Shown here one piece after another: positions 14,720 through 26,569 of a DNA stretch of 54,313 nucleotides. Below the pieces are notes generated by a model, which was not told the origin of the DNA, did not search any database, and saw only the letters and a list, made by a program, of their open reading frames with translations. This DNA is from Prorocentrum cordatum (taxonomy: Eukaryota), in contig CAUYUJ010000251.1 of the NCBI GenBank assembly GCA_963575745.1, positions 62,001-116,313 on the forward strand, read 5' to 3'. Each line of letters opens with the position of its first letter. Within the stretch, counting starts at the first letter, position 1. The position numbers were made by a program, and so were the translations under genes.

Positions 14720-15360
14720 CACGTCCATAGTGATTTGGATATGTGGTATCACGGGATATCCGGTATGCAGACGACACATTTAGTATCGCGGCACCAAACA
14801 CATCTCCAGCCTATGCTTAACGCTGTCGTGGAAGAAGGGGGAAATACGGTTTGGACCTCTACTTGGGCAAACCATCTCATTTCCACAAACACACGAATAA
14901 CAAGACCGGGTGGGCATAATGTGGAGACAGTGCGGGGTGCAATATACTTTGGAGGGTTCATTCTTTCGTGCGATGGGGGAACTACATATGAAGTCCCAAG
15001 AAGGTCAGGATAAGTAGCCAACACGTTCAAACAATTCAATCAACTCTGGTCACGGTCGCCTCTTATATGGTAGAGCAATGCAAAATCTACGACGGCGTGG
15101 TGCTGATCAACCTTCTTTATTTATTGGACTCTCTTTGTTGATTCATGCAGATCGTGCTCGTATGGACGCGTTCTACGGCAAGAGCCTGAAGCGTATTTCA
15201 GGCATCCCATCTGCGCACATCTCTAGGATGTGTAACGCGAGCGTTTTGCAGAAGGCATCAGCGAAACCGCTGGCCCAAATGTTTCTTTGCAGCCACAAGA
15301 ACTTGCACAACAAGATCGCAACGTATGAAGACACAGCTTCTGTAAAGCACGCGCTTCCCA
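14720..15360 (+). mobile_element. LINE (non-LTR retrotransposon) fragment: RT C-terminal half, frameshifted
   Basis: gat atc cgg tat gca gac gac aca = DIRYADDT at 14755-14778, followed by AIYFGG..SCDG...EVPRR and ADRARMDAFYGKSLKRISGIPSAHISRMCNASVL, typical of LINE ORF2 thumb/post-RT sequence. Confidence 0.85.
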
Positions 15361-17219
15361 AACGCTGTAGTTTGCATGTGCAGCCTTCCTTTCTGCCCCT
15401 GCCACTCCCTGCCCATATCTTCTCCATGGTGGTCCGAATGCTTGGGCTTTCAGATTCTGCTTCACAATCGGGCGCTTTGCCTTCTGCTTCACAATCGTGG
15501 TGCGCTCCATGTTTTGCTTTCGCAATCACGATCGAGTTTCTGCACCGTCTGACGTGTATTGTTTCCGGAGAGTTGCCTAGTGCACAACCTTCTGCCCGCG
15601 CGCCTGGAGAGTTGCCAATTGCGCAATCTTCTGCCCGCGCGTCCTGGACGCTCGCCTCATGCTGCTGCTGCTGCTGCCCTCTGCTTCGGCCCCCGTGCAG
15701 TTCAGAGATTGGTTGCGAACTGCCCCGCGTGGCTCAGTTCGCTTGGCATGGTCCACTGGCGCTCGCCCGAGCTGCGTCGCCGCCTCCAGCTTCGGGCCCT
15801 CGCGCTGCACTTCATCAACTACAGCCTTGACTCGGTTGGCGTCAAGGGCGATGGCGAATGTTCGGTCTCTCGAGCTCGACGGTCTGCACAACCGCATGGC
15901 CGTCCTACCTGCGCACTCTGCGCGCCGCGCAAGCCTTACCGCGGGGTTCGAGACTGAGGCTCTTCGCGACGCTCTTCAAGTTTCGCGTGCTGCAAACCCT
16001 GCTAAACATGAATGGCATTGTGTGGGTGTTGCGCGCCACGTTCGGCTCGCCGAACTTCTCCTTCAGCCTTCTGGTGGAGGTGGTGTGGCGGGCGACTCTG
16101 CTCGCCCTGCTTCCTCCTCATATTCGGCTCCATCGCTCGGCATTGTGCCTTTGTCGTGGACTCCGGGAGATTGTGTAGTACCCGCTCGTGCTTCTCTTCG
16201 TGGGCCCCCGTCTGCCGACCGCCTTCCTGGTTTGCCGGCGGTTCCCGTCGGAGCCTGTCCTGCCACGGCGGGGCACCGCGGCGCCGATTCCAGCTGCCGA
16301 GGACGCGGAGGAAGGTGCTGGAGGGCGGAGGCGCCCCTGCCTCTGGCGCCCGGCTTCCCTCGGGCGGGAGGCCCCGCCCCCCCCCGGCAGAGGGCGGCCC
16401 TCTGAGGGTGAGCGGGCGGCAGCTGGTGCTGCGGCTTCCCGATGGGCCGGCGCGCGGAGGGCGTCGACGACGTTTACACCGCCACCGCTGCCGGGGGCCA
16501 CCGTGCTGCAGGCGAGGCTTCCGCCGCTGGCCCGCTGCCGCCACCTGCGCGGGCGCCCCCTGGTTCGGGCTCGCTGGGCCCTGGGGAAGGGCTCCTGTTC
16601 AGGCGCGTGTGCCTCCAATGTGGCTTGCCCCTGTGCTGCTGGATCGTGCGGTGGGCTTCCGCTTCTTCAGTTCGTCGCCGACGATTCCGATGATGCGGAC
16701 CCTGTGGACGAGTTCGATCGCGGCGTCGGCTTCTGATTGCGCTCGCATTTTTTCATCTGGATGGTTGGATATTTCTGCTAATTCTGGTGTTGAACTCACG
16801 GTTCCTTGCAGTTGTTGTGGCAGTATGAATTCTTTCGTGCGGGGCGCGGGCTTCCGGTTGCGATTCGATCGCGTTGTCTGTAGCACCGCTGCCCGACGTG
16901 ATCGAGCGTCGCGTTCGGGCTGCGCGTGCGGCATTTCGGAATTTTATATTGACTGTCGCGGCCTCCTGGAAGGTTCCCTTCCCTTATTGTCCTCCTTCTC
17001 CCCCTACTCCTATTCCCCGTCCTGGACGGTTCCCTTCCCTCCTCCTCCTCCTCCTCCTCCTCCTCCTCGTCCTCCTCCTCCTCCTCCTCCCTCCTCCTCC
17101 TCCTCCTCCTCCTCCTTCTCCTCCCCCTCCTCCTCGTCCTTCTCCTCCTCCTGCTCATCTTCCTGCTCCTCCTCCTTCCTCGACTAAGCCCTAGCGCAAC
17201 ATAGGTCTGTCACGCCGTA

Positions 17220-17900
17220 CGCGGAAGGGGCCGAATGCCCGCCCCCCAAGACTCCCTAGAGCATGGGGGCCGCAACGCCGCCGACGGGGCCCGAGAGAGA
17301 ACGAAGAAAGAAAGGGAGAGAAAAAGGAGAAGTAAAGAGGCGCCGGCCTCGCGCGTGCTGCGCGACGTGCATCACCGACTCGCTTGCCCCCATGCCTACC
17401 TGGCTCTTCCAGCACCAGGTGACAATGGACACCCCCAACGGGCCACCGCGCGGGGCACGCGGTGCGGGAAGGTCATGGGTGCCCAGGCCCACCCCCGCAG
17501 ACCTCTTGCCCAAGGGTGGTCAGGTGGGACCACGTCTTGAGCCGTGCCCGTAGGCCGACCCCCCCAGCCACACCCTTGCCCCGCGACGTGACGGGAGGGC
17601 CAATGCAGTGGCTGGGGGCTGCCCCGGCAGGAGCAAGTACCCGCAGGACGACGCGGACCGAGATCCACGCCGTCACAGGGGGGGTACCCTCGCGGCCCCA
17701 GAACGCCAGTTCCTGAGACGGCAGACCCGGACCACAGCGGGACCACCGCTAGAGTTCGGGGGGGCCGCCCCAGGCCCGTCAGGGCACCGACGCCCCTGGC
17801 CCGCCGCGCCGCCCCTGCGCAGGCGACGTCTTGGCGGAGTTCAGTTCACCCCAGGAGCCTCAACGTGCCGCCCACACGCCGAAGTGCCCTCCTGGGGGCA
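17220..17900. repeat. ~700-bp dispersed repeat (copy B of 13700-14430)
   Basis: Same collinear blocks as copy A. Confidence 0.75.
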
Positions 17901-19320
17901 TTCCTCCTCCTCCTTCTTCCTCCTCCTCCTCCTCCTCCTCATCCCCCAGTCTCTCTCCTCCTCCTCTGTCCTCCAAAGCCCGACTCAGAGCCCGAGCCCG
18001 CCCGGCGGCCGCCGAGCGTGTAATCCCTGCAAGGTGGCGGCTATGCCTTCGTGCGGCCACCGAGGTGAGCTCCATCCGAGGCCGGCTGAGACCCGCTCGA
18101 CGGCCGAGCGAATACAGACGCAGGAAGGGCTCAGACAGTCAACCCACGCGGGGCTCCTTAACGACATCCTCTTCTTCCTCCTCTTTCTCGTCCTCCTCCT
18201 CCTCTTCTTCCTCCTCCCTTTACTCCCTCCTCCTCCTCCTCCTGCTCCTCCTCCTCCTCCTCCTCGTCCTCCACCTCCCGCTGCCCCACCTCGTCCACCT
18301 CCTCCTCCTTCTCCGCCTCCTCCCGCCTCTTCCTCCTCCTCCTCCTCCTCCTCCTCCTCCTCCTCGTCCTCCTCCTCCTCGTCTTTTCCTCCTCGTCCTC
18401 CCTCTCCTCTCCTCCTCGTCCTCATCCTCATCCTCGCTCTCCCTCGCTTTTCTTCTCTACTTGTTCCTCCTCCTCCTCCTCAGCCTTCTCCTCTGTCTCC
18501 TCCTCCTCCTCCTCTTCCGCCTCCTCCTCCTCCTCCTAAATCCTCGTCCTCCTCCTTCCCCTCCTCCCGCCGCTTCCTTGTCCCCCCGTCCTCCTCCTCC
18601 TCCTCCGCCTCTATTTCCCCCTCCCTCTTCCTTCTCCTCCTCCTCCTCCTCCTCTTCCTCCTCCTGCTCCTCCATCTCCTCCTCTTCCTCCTCCTGTTTC
18701 CCCCCTCTCCTCATCACTCTTCCCGCTCCTCGCGTTTCCCAATGTATACACTGCCCTCTCTTCCTTCCCCCTCCTCCACATCTTCTTGGTATTGTTACTC
18801 GTCTTGTTCATCCGATTCGTATTATTAATATTCGTATTCCTCTTATTCTTATTACGCGTACTGATATTCTTAGTTGAACTCTACTTGTTATCCTCTTCTC
18901 CTCCTCTCCTCCTCCTCCTCCTCCTCTCCTCCTCCTCCCCTCCTCCTCCTCCAACTCCTCCTCCTCCTCCTCATCATCCTGTCGCCTCCATCCTCCCCCT
19001 CCTCCTCCTCCTCATCCTTCTCCTCGTCCTCCGCCTCTTTACTCTCCACTCCTCCTCTTCCTCCTCCTCCTCGTCCGCTTCTTCTTCTTTTTCGTCTTCT
19101 TCTTATTATTCCTCCTCCCTCTCCTTCTCCTCCTCCTCCTCCTCCTCCTCCTCCTTCCTCCTCAGCATCAGCATCAGCATCAGCATCAGCATCAGCATCA
19201 GCATCAGCATCAGCATCAGCATCAGCATCATCATCATGATCATGATCATGATCATGATCATGATCATGATCATGATCATGATCATCATCATCATCATCAT
19301 CATCCTTCCCCCCCTTCCTC
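17900..19320. repeat. (CCT)n low-complexity region ending in (CATCAG)n/(CATGAT)n
   Basis: Read directly; hexamer blocks at ~19162-19302. Confidence 0.9.
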
Positions 19321-19477
19321 GAAGAGGAGCCAGGATCGGGCGGGGCCGTCCCTTGCGACGAGGGCATTCGTGATCCCCTCGAAGAGGTGCGCGTACCAAA
19401 TCTGCAGCTTGGGGATGGCGATGGCGGAGACAAGGGTCGCCGCGAACAGGGCCCAGGCCTTGGGCTGACCAGGGTGC

Positions 19478-19634
19478 CTTCCTCGTATTCTGTCTCCTCC
19501 TCCGCCTCCTCCTCCTCCTCGATCTCTTTAATTGTCCTCATCTTCTCCTGCGACATGCTCTTTCGCGACCCCTCGATCCTCGATGTTTGATCCTCGAGGC
19601 TCTGACACTTGAATTTGTTGGCTTTTCGCAGGGC
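19478..19634 (-). other. Possible isolated protein-coding exon (ALRKANKFKCQSLEDQTSRIEGSRKSMSQEKMRTIKEIEEEEEAEEETEYEE)
   Basis: Open frame bounded by ggag|G and AAG|gcacc (GC-type donor); no homology recognised. Confidence 0.3.
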
Positions 19635-21161
19635 CTCCGGGGGCCTCCATGGACCTCCGCAGAACTCCGGAGGGCTCTCGAGATCTCTGGACATCCCCGG
19701 GGGTTCGGGAAGAGGGGGAGGAGAGGACGAAGAGGCGGAGGAGGAGAAGGACATTTCAAGTTTATCCCCTGCTCCCCCCTCCTACTTCCTCCTCCTCCTC
19801 CACGCGGCGGCGGGGAAAATGTAGGTTTGCGTTCTAAGCGGTGCCCATGGCACCCTCATTGCTGTCCTTCCCTACCGTCCCCGTTGGCTGTGTGCTCCCA
19901 TTGTTTCTCGCTCCGGCACTGCGTGTCCGCTGCCCCTCATCAGCCTCAACCTCCTTCTCTTCCTGCTCCCCTTCGAACGGCGGGGGCGCTGTCTGACGAG
20001 GCACGCCCAGCCACCCCCTGAGCTCCCGCCCCGCGAGACCGCGTCCAAGAGGGCCTCGTCGATCTAGTGTCGGCAACTCTTGGATAGCGTGTCGCCGCGG
20101 CGGCCCTGGCGACACACTATGCCATGCGAGTGGATAGCGTGTCGTTCCGCTCCGCGGGGCGGGAGGCTGGGGACAGCTCGGGACGTTGACGCCCGGGAAC
20201 CGCGAAGTGGATAGCATGTCGCGCCCTAGCTCGGTGGGCCTGATCTGGCGGCGCGACACGCTATCCGAAAAATCCCGACCGTATCAATGTTTATGTGCCT
20301 TCTCTCTCTCTCTCACCCTCTCGGCCTGTCTGCCGGCTTCTTCGCCGAGCCGTCTTGCGCGACGGCTGGACCGCCAAAGTGCGCAGGCGCGCGTTTACAT
20401 ATGTCCTCCTGGGTGGGTCCGTTTCTTCGTGGGTGCTGACACTGTGCCTTGGAGCGTTCCCGAAATTTCATGACGTTGTCCTCTTCGCCCTCTTCGGACA
20501 GTGAAAGATGCACGGTCCACCGCTGTCATGAAAAACGCGCGAATGCTCGGTGCCAATTGCGTGCTCCGCATCTCGGATGTACCGTGCCCTGATCAACCGC
20601 TGGCGCCGATGGCGCAGCACGCTGGAGCCTCATGTAGATTTCCCTGCCAGCTGCTCGGGACGGCAAAGGTTCGCACTCTGCCTTAAATCCATGGCAACAT
20701 TGAACAACGAACGGGTAAAACCGCCGATGAGCGCCGAAACGGGTAAAACCGCGCTTGTGGCCCTCCTTCTCGCCGGGGCCGAGTCGAGCGAGAAGACAAG
20801 TGGGGCAAAAGGAAGGAATGCGGGGGGGAGGGCGAGGAGCTGGAAGAGCCCTGGGCAAGAGATGTCCGGAAGCCACCTGCCGAGTCCACCCTCGCGCCCC
20901 CGCAAACGCTAACGACGGCCTGGGATGGGCGCTCTCCCAAAGTGTACCCTTAGGTCGGGCATGTCCCCCTACAGGCGGATCTGGAACAAAACAATAAAAA
21001 TGCCCCCCAAATGCACCAAGAATGCTCGATACTGGTCAAAACAGATTTGCCATACTATTTTTGACTATTTCTGATGATTCCTCCTTTAGAGAAGGGACAG
21101 GACCGACTTGAGGGTGCCCGCCTCCCCCGCGCAGCGCTTTCGGCTGCGCCCGCGCCCGGGA

Positions 21162-21337
21162 TGTGAATGCAGGTAGACGGCCGGGGGGCCGTTCCTGTAT
21201 AGGGTCCGTTGGTAGAGGCTTCTTCTCCAAGGCGCTGCGCAGCGAACAGCGCTTCAAGGTTAGCATGCCAATGCCTGCGCCAATGCAGTCGCGGCAAGGA
21301 TGCAAGAGGGAAGTGAACGGAACGGGCTTCACGCGCG
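21162..21337 (-). repeat. 3' LTR (176 bp)
   Basis: Aligns with 24044-24214; ends ...TTCACA on the minus strand and is directly preceded by the PPT. Confidence 0.88.
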
Positions 21338-21399
21338 CCCCCCGCCCCGAGGCCTGCCAGCTCCCCAATAGAGGATCGTCTGTCGTTGTGATCGCGGGT

Positions 21400-23907
21400 G
21401 GAGGACCGTGAAAGTCGTGTGGAGCCGATGTGGAACATCTCGCACCTCTCTCCATTCTTGCACCTGCCGATTTTAACGCCGCGCAGATCACATAGTCGTG
21501 TCTGGTCGACTCGTTCGTGGGGTTATGCTGGTTGCGCTCAAATCGGTGGAGTTCGAGATTGTCGAGAACTCGTTGCCGAAGCCACTCGTGCGTTCTGTTC
21601 TGTTGGGGTCGTTGGAAGTCATTTTGTTGTAGTCGTGTATGTCCTGTTTCATCAGATGGTTTCGTATCTGAACTCGGAATAGTGCCTCCAATATTATCGT
21701 GTCGGGTGTTTCGCGGAATTCCAATAACAGATGTCCCAGTCCACGATGAACCGTTGTAGGTCGTCGTCCCGCATGCGTAATAGTTGCAGACGCTCAAAGT
21801 CGTGCAGGGTGTCGTCGACTGCTGTGACTCTGTAGGACTGTAATATCGTCCAATAGATAATGTCGGCCCTGGAGCACGCGGCCGGCATTGTGCTCCTCAG
21901 CCGTGAGGTTCTTGATGCGGTAGCGTAGCTAAGACTTCAGAACAACAGCGAGCCCGGCTGCGAATTCGCAGTCGGTGCTCTCGAAGTCGCCGCTGTCCTG
22001 GAGGTCATCGTAGGTCGTTGTGGGTTGTTCTGCAACGTAGAGGAATGCGTAAGCCTCGACAGGGCGCCCAGCAACCCTACCAAAATTGTTGCGAACCGTC
22101 TGCTGCCACTCCTGTAGTTGTGTAATGCGTCGCAGTTGTGTTATACGTATGGTGTCGGACTCCTTGATAGGAATGGTGTTGGTAGCAGAGACGTGTGACA
22201 ACGCCTGCGGAGGAACCGGTTGCGGTGGAGATATGGAGGTCGAACAGGAGAAACGCTATGTGTCCGAGCGGAAGCCGCGGCTGAAGCGGCACCTAGCGAA
22301 GCACGTCGTGCACGGTCTGTGCGGATGTCGCCGTCGGCAGGCGTAGGAGCGCGTCGATGGTCAGGAGGTTGGAGGTGGAGCTCAGTGTTGCTGACGTGTG
22401 AGGTCAGTGTAGCTTCGTTGGTCGTGGCGCTGCGCTGCATTTGTTGGACCTATGTTGGAGACCGCGTATCTCGACGTTGGTATCGTGGGTCCGCTGGGAG
22501 TTACTGTCCAGCCTGCGCTCAAGGTCTTGGAGTCGTTGCTTGTGTGCTTCGCGACCTTGTTCCATGCGGGTGAGTAGTGAGTCGGCCCGAGCTTTTCCAG
22601 CGTCTCTTTCTTGGGGGATCTGGCTGAGTCGTGACTGCGCGTAGTCCGCCGTCTGCTGTACCTCGGCCATGCAGGCTTCGAAGGAGGCGAAATCGTAAAC
22701 CGAAGTCGGGGTGCCCAGCGGATCAGTCTGGGCCCGTGGAACATGCAACTCAGCCAGCGCAGTCCGCAGTTCGAAGATCTGCTGCTCGACCTGAAAGACT
22801 CGGTTCTCAAGCGTTTGCGCGCGTCCTTCGAAAGCTTTAAGACGGTGGGAGAGGGCCGTCTCGGCACCGCGCAGCTTACCATCTAACTCGAACGTGAGGG
22901 TGGTGTGGGTGGAGTGTATCGTAGCAGCGTGCTGGTGGACCTGGGTGCGAAGCGTATCCAAGTCCTCGCGTAGCTGAGTCCGTAGATCCATGTACCTCCA
23001 TAGGTGGGGTCTGTCGTGCCATCAGGAGCTCATCGTGTAGTGTCCTGACGGCAGCAGTCTCTGTATCCCTGGCGGCCACGAGTTGTGCCTCCAGACGCAG
23101 GAGGTAGTCGCGAAGCGTCTGGGTCTTTTTGGAGTTGGCACCTCGGTGTGACTCCATCTGGTCGAACTGGGATTGGGCCTGGGAGATGATCGATCGATCC
23201 TCGGCGATCCTAGCACCGACCAAGGCAAGGGCATGTTGCAGCTCCTGTCTCATTGTGGCCGTCTGAGCGGCCAGACCCAGCAGAAGTTGGGTCGCATATG
23301 TCTCAACCTGATCTCGGAGCTCTGCCAGATCGCTGGCAGCGGGAAAGGATTGCGCGAAGAGGTTGCACTGCTGAGAGCCCTGCCGGGAGCGCCTTTCTGA
23401 GGGGCTGTGGCTGGAGTCTCGAGTAGGAGAACGAATGCGATACCTTTCGGGAACCTGTCGCTGAGACGCCCGCCCGGCGCGATTCTCTATGGCCCGCGCA
23501 TGTTCTGTGACGGAGACGCTTGTAGGCGACGGAACCTTGGCCCAGCGGCGGCTGCGAGCGAGAGCAATGCCTGGAGACGCGTTCGCGGTGCAGCGGCCGA
23601 TGCGGGCGACTCTACCGACGCTGGTGTCGGCGAAAGTGGGCGGGGAGGCAGTGGGCGCAGTGAAGCCAGGGTCGGCTCCGACGGCAGACGTGACAACTGC
23701 GGGCGTGGCCACCGACGGGCGGGATGTATCGGGCTCAGCGGGGGGCGAATCCAGCGGCTGTCGCGAGGGTCGTGGCGCGCGAGAGGGGGGCGGCGGAAGC
23801 ATCGGATAATCGGGTGAGAGTTCCCCGAGGGCCGCCGCGAGAGACGCAGCGCTGCCGTCGCCTGAGCGGGGGGGAATGTGTAGCACAGTTTCTCGTGCCC
23901 TCTCCAT
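21400..23907 (-). pseudogene. Frameshifted retrotransposon gag: low-complexity N-terminus, long coiled coil, gag core, CCCH zinc finger
   Basis: Fragments 22876-23907 and 22404-22991 (heptad-rich), KESDTIRI..QEWQQTVR..AGRPVEAYAF..TYDDLQDSGDFESTD (21929-22201), DFERLQLLRMRDDDLQRFIVDWD and ILEALFRVQI; C-x7-C-x5-C-x3-H (C..IGRCKNGERCEMFH, one frameshift) at 21430-21485. Confidence 0.75.
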
Positions 23908-24043
23908 GATGCTACTGCTATCATGCGCCGTCGAGGAGAACCCGCGTTTGCGGGCAGCGCAACAAGGCTGCGTCGCACAGCGGCGGAATCCAAGATGACG
24001 CGAATTGCAACAGCAGAGAGCGGTTAAGAAAAGGCTGATAACC

Positions 24044-24214
24044 TTTGGATGCAAGTAGACGACCGAGGGGCCGTTCCTGTATAGGGTCCGTTGGTAGAGG
24101 CTTCTTTTCTAAGGCACTGCGCAGTGAGCAGCGCTTCAATGTTAGCTTGCCAATACCTGAGCCAATACAATTGCGGTAGGGATGCACTTGGGAAGTGGGC
24201 GGACTTCGCGCACG
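24044..24214 (-). repeat. 5' LTR (171 bp)
   Basis: Aligns with 21162-21337 and is immediately followed by the PBS on the minus strand. Confidence 0.88.
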
Positions 24215-24219
24215 CGGGA

Positions 24220-26060
24220 GGGCTGGGAGCGAGCCAGGGAGAAGACGCAGGGCCGCCCAGCGACGGTCCGTCGCACCCAGTGGCAGGGGGGGCAACCTCT
24301 GGCAGCCGGGACCGAGCCCGACGAACCAAGAGAGCGGGGAGGCCGTCGGGAACGAGGGCCGAAGTGACGGTCCCGGCGTGGACGCGCTGGGGTCGAATGC
24401 GACGGTTCGCGGCGGCAGCCTCCTGCAATTCTAGCGACGCCGCTCCAGCGACGCCGCTCCGGCCGCCGTCCGCAACACCTTTTCCCCTCGGCTTCGGGCT
24501 GGGAACGGACTCGAGAACACTGACCAGGAAATGACGTATGACCAGGAAATGACGTATGTCTTCAGGTTGACACCAGCACGGCGGGCTCCATAGATTCCTA
24601 AGATACCGAACAAACGTGCCATGCTGTATCGCATGCCCTCCAAGCTCGCTCACTCACTGACTGGCGCCATTGAACGTGTGGCAAACGAAACGCAGTGCTG
24701 TCGCCTGAGCCATGACCTGCATCGATTGATGGCTGCGCCCAGGGATCCACCCCTGAAGCCAGACAAACTCCAATTTCCGATTCGTGTTGGGGAGGCCTCA
24801 GAAGTTGGTCGGGGACCCGCGGCTCTTTCGAAACAAGACTGGGAAGAAGGAACGAGCTGGGCATGGCAAGACAGCGCAGGGAGAGCGCACGAGTTATAAT
24901 TCCTATTCAGCCTCAGCAGGGCTCTCGTGGCCGCCGCGCTCCTCGCCCTGAAGGAAGGGTTTGCCGCGGGGGGCTTCCACTGCAAGGCCAGCGCGGCCTC
25001 GGGCCCAAACCGCATGCCTCCATATTTGGCCACGCCTCGGATTGGACAATGAGGAAGGCTCGGCGCCGTCAGGGCGAGCGCCGCGCGAATCCTCTCGGAC
25101 GACGACGGCGATGCCTGCCCGCGGAGAGGCAATGCTATGCACTTGTTATCCTGCAGGCAGAGAGACGCCAGCGGTCGGGCTGCCTCGACGAGGGGGCCAC
25201 AAGAAGCCCGTCTTAGACCTGAAAGAAAAACGTCAACATCATAAACACACGCACCTGCCGCTGGCCGATCTGCAGGCGACACGCGCGCAGGCCCTTCGCA
25301 CCGGTGACGAAGAACCTTCTATGACTCGATTGCCAACGGCGCACCATCTGAGCGGGCACGCCTGCGCCGCTCCAGCCGAGGCGCGAAAGAAAACTTATCT
25401 GCCGTTCCCAACCCGTGCTCAACTCTGCATCTCATGATGGAGCGCCCGGGTATCGAACAAGAAGCCGGGCGACATGGAACTCGAAGGCAGCTGCCATCAA
25501 TGCCGACCCCGCCGAGGGGGAGGCGCCGCGTGCACCGAAGGTGAAGAATCCAAGTCGATGTCCACATGTATTCTTGTGCCAAACCACCATCCTAGCCAGA
25601 GCATTCAGCTCCGCAGTGTGAGAAGAGGACTGGCGGCCTTAAGCATCCACGCTGGATGCGATGGCGGCGAGGCTCTGCCGCGGCGCGCAGCTGAAGTTTG
25701 ACGACCGCCGCCGCCGCCGCCGCCGAATCATCGTTCTTCTGTGACAGCAGACGAAGGGCATCGAAGGCCATCGCAAGGTCAGCATGTTCTTTGGGCGCTC
25801 GCCCTTTGGGGTGGAGATCATCGGGTGGCGGTCGAAGCCCCGCGGCGGGCCCAGTCAACATACCATGTCACGTCAAGTCACGTCCCGTCGAGAGGCCTGG
25901 AGGCCGCTCGCTCCGCAAGCGGAGACGGAGGGCGTGAAACAATACGGCAAGGACATGCGCATGCATGAAATTGTGAATATAGCGAAAGATTTTCCTCGTG
26001 GGCCCGCGCGACAAATGCGAAGTGTCGTTTGCTTTAGCGCATGCGGACGCAGCGATCATA
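24220..26060 (-). mobile_element. Highly degenerate LINE ORF2 fragment (RT and post-RT)
   Basis: Remnant motifs in the expected order: LRLLSQKNDD (cf. RPLSLKN), ACVYDVD (cf. ACADD), LCLQDNKCIALPL, AKYGGMRFGP (cf. KYLG..GP), YNSCALPALSCHAQL. Confidence 0.65.
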
Positions 26061-26569
26061 TCGCGCTTGCGTCGAGGTGGGGCGTGGCATATGTTATGGG
26101 AGGCTGCTGGAGTTGGCCAGGCCCGCTGTGGTGCTCGAGCACCCGCATGTTATGGCGGCTGTGGGAGTTGGCCGGACCCCGTGTGTTGTGTCTTTCGGTA
26201 GGGGAACCCCTCCCCCGTAGAATCATAGCTTGTGCTAAAGGTCCAAGGCTCCGTGGATCAATTTCCCCATGGGCCGCTTTGTTTTAACTGTTATTATAAA
26301 TTCATTCCAAAAGAATTGGATCCACGAAGCTTCCACGCCAAAAAATTGGATCCAGAAGACGCGGAAATAAGATCCACGTGACTCTCGCGCACACGTAATT
26401 GGATCCAACTGGATCCGTGCGTTCCCATGCAAGAGGAAAGAACATTCGGACTGGGGGTGTATAGTTATAAAATTCTATCTTACATTATGCGTTCCACCAC
26501 GTGTAATTCGAAAATGCAGTCTCGAACCGCTGCCAGGGGAAAGGCTCTTGGCGACCTACGACATGTGAT

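Larger units (their letters stand above)
21162..24214 (-). mobile_element. Complete gag-only LTR retroelement (non-autonomous, copia-type PBS), 3053 bp
   Basis: Paired LTRs 21162-21337 and 24044-24214; TSD CGGGA at 21157-21161 and 24215-24219; PBS GGTTATCAGCC at 24043-24033; PPT GGGGCGGGGGG at 21348-21338; degenerate internal gag. Confidence 0.88.

Noticed and set aside
15400..16940. Possible decayed gene on the minus strand (EKMRAQSEADAAIELVHRVRIIGIVGDELKKRKP)
   Set aside because: Only a short coding-like patch with no recognisable family or continuous frame.
20380..20720. Possible exon
   Set aside because: Complex sequence, but no frame or strand stands out.
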